Source: Podarcis tiliguerta (lineage: Eukaryota). From it: 64,000 nt of DNA. The DNA lies in the NCBI GenBank assembly GCA_965153285.1, contig OZ229112.1. One strand, given 5' to 3'. The first letter of the stretch is position 1. Every line of letters begins with the position of its first letter. This document shows positions 63,316 through 64,000 of this stretch, one piece after another. Position numbers and translations under genes: made by a program. The notes under the pieces were generated by a model. That model ran no database searches, was not told the DNA's origin, and saw only the letters and a list, made by a program, of their open reading frames with translations.

Positions 63316-64000
63316 TACCTTGCTGTGTCCATATTCTTCATTGTGTGTATTGCGGGTGCCTATGTTATGCACATTCACACACACCCCTCGCATACACATC
63401 CAGGAAATATTATAGTAAGCACAATCCACTGCAATGGTGTACTCTTACAGATGAAGCAGGAGGGTGGCAAAGGTCATGGTGCCCCCAAGGCTGTTTCTGG
63501 GAGGGGAAACAGAGGCAACAGGATCCATTCCAACCCAATCTGCTGTAAAGCTACCTATCGCACACCCCTTATCTTTGTAAATTTGGAAGGCTTCATCTGC
63601 CCCACAGAAGTGCCTAGTAGGCCTGCAAACATAATCTGTAGTTAATTTTCTCATTATAATCAATGTGGAGACATCCTAAACTTCTGAAGACTGCAGGACG
63701 ACTCTGCCTCAGATATGAAGTGAAGCCCTGGCAATTCTGAAGTGAATCTGCCCATGGTGGATCTCCTCTAAATTATAGGGTCAGTTGCTATCTATAGCAT
63801 GATGTGGTCTCTGTACCATCACTCTGCATTGCTTCATTTTTCATGTGGGGGATCCAGTTTTTCCAGTTATGATCATGCTGGGCAGCATCCTCTTGGTGAC
63901 GACACTGTGCTCCAGCCTTGTGGTCTCTGGCACCAGATGCATGCTTCCTCCATAGAAGGAACAAATTTTAAATCAGTGCCACAGCCTCTAAAAACTGATT

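Noticed and set aside
1-64000. About 150 short ORFs (60-157 aa) in the ORF track
   Set aside because: Apart from the TE-derived frames, they have no recognisable domains, overlap on both strands and match chance expectation. No spliced gene could be assembled.

Overview
Eukaryotic, repeat-rich, apparently non-coding window (large intron or intergenic DNA). The repeat repertoire points to a squamate, most likely a lacertid lizard: Sauria SINEs with (ACCTTT)n tails, Bov-B, CR1, L2, L1, Tc1 and many MITEs. I recognise no host protein-coding exon, rRNA, functional tRNA or CRISPR array. The only long ORF (33407..34882, minus) is the 3' part of ORF2 of a young, 5'-truncated L1 with a 19-bp TSD. The other recognisable peptides are TE remnants (Bov-B, RTE, CR1, L2, Tc1). 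The most unusual structures are: (i) a fold-back insert at 8784..9414 with inverted arms of about 95 bp, a 32-bp 3' tail and a 16-bp TSD, i.e. Penelope-like architecture, nested in the end of a hAT-type MITE; (ii) a roughly 380-bp segment present twice (28232..28613 and 47018..47396) whose breakpoints coincide with hAT-MITE ends; (iii) a Tc1 element with an internal inversion-plus-deletion built on a 9-bp microhomology; (iv) a chimeric Sauria SINE dimer under one TSD, inserted into an old two-copy repeat that carries a CTCF-like motif; (v) an LTR-like element flanked by an inverted rather than direct 5-mer. I cannot support a new biological system here. Family names come from recalled consensus motifs, not database searches.
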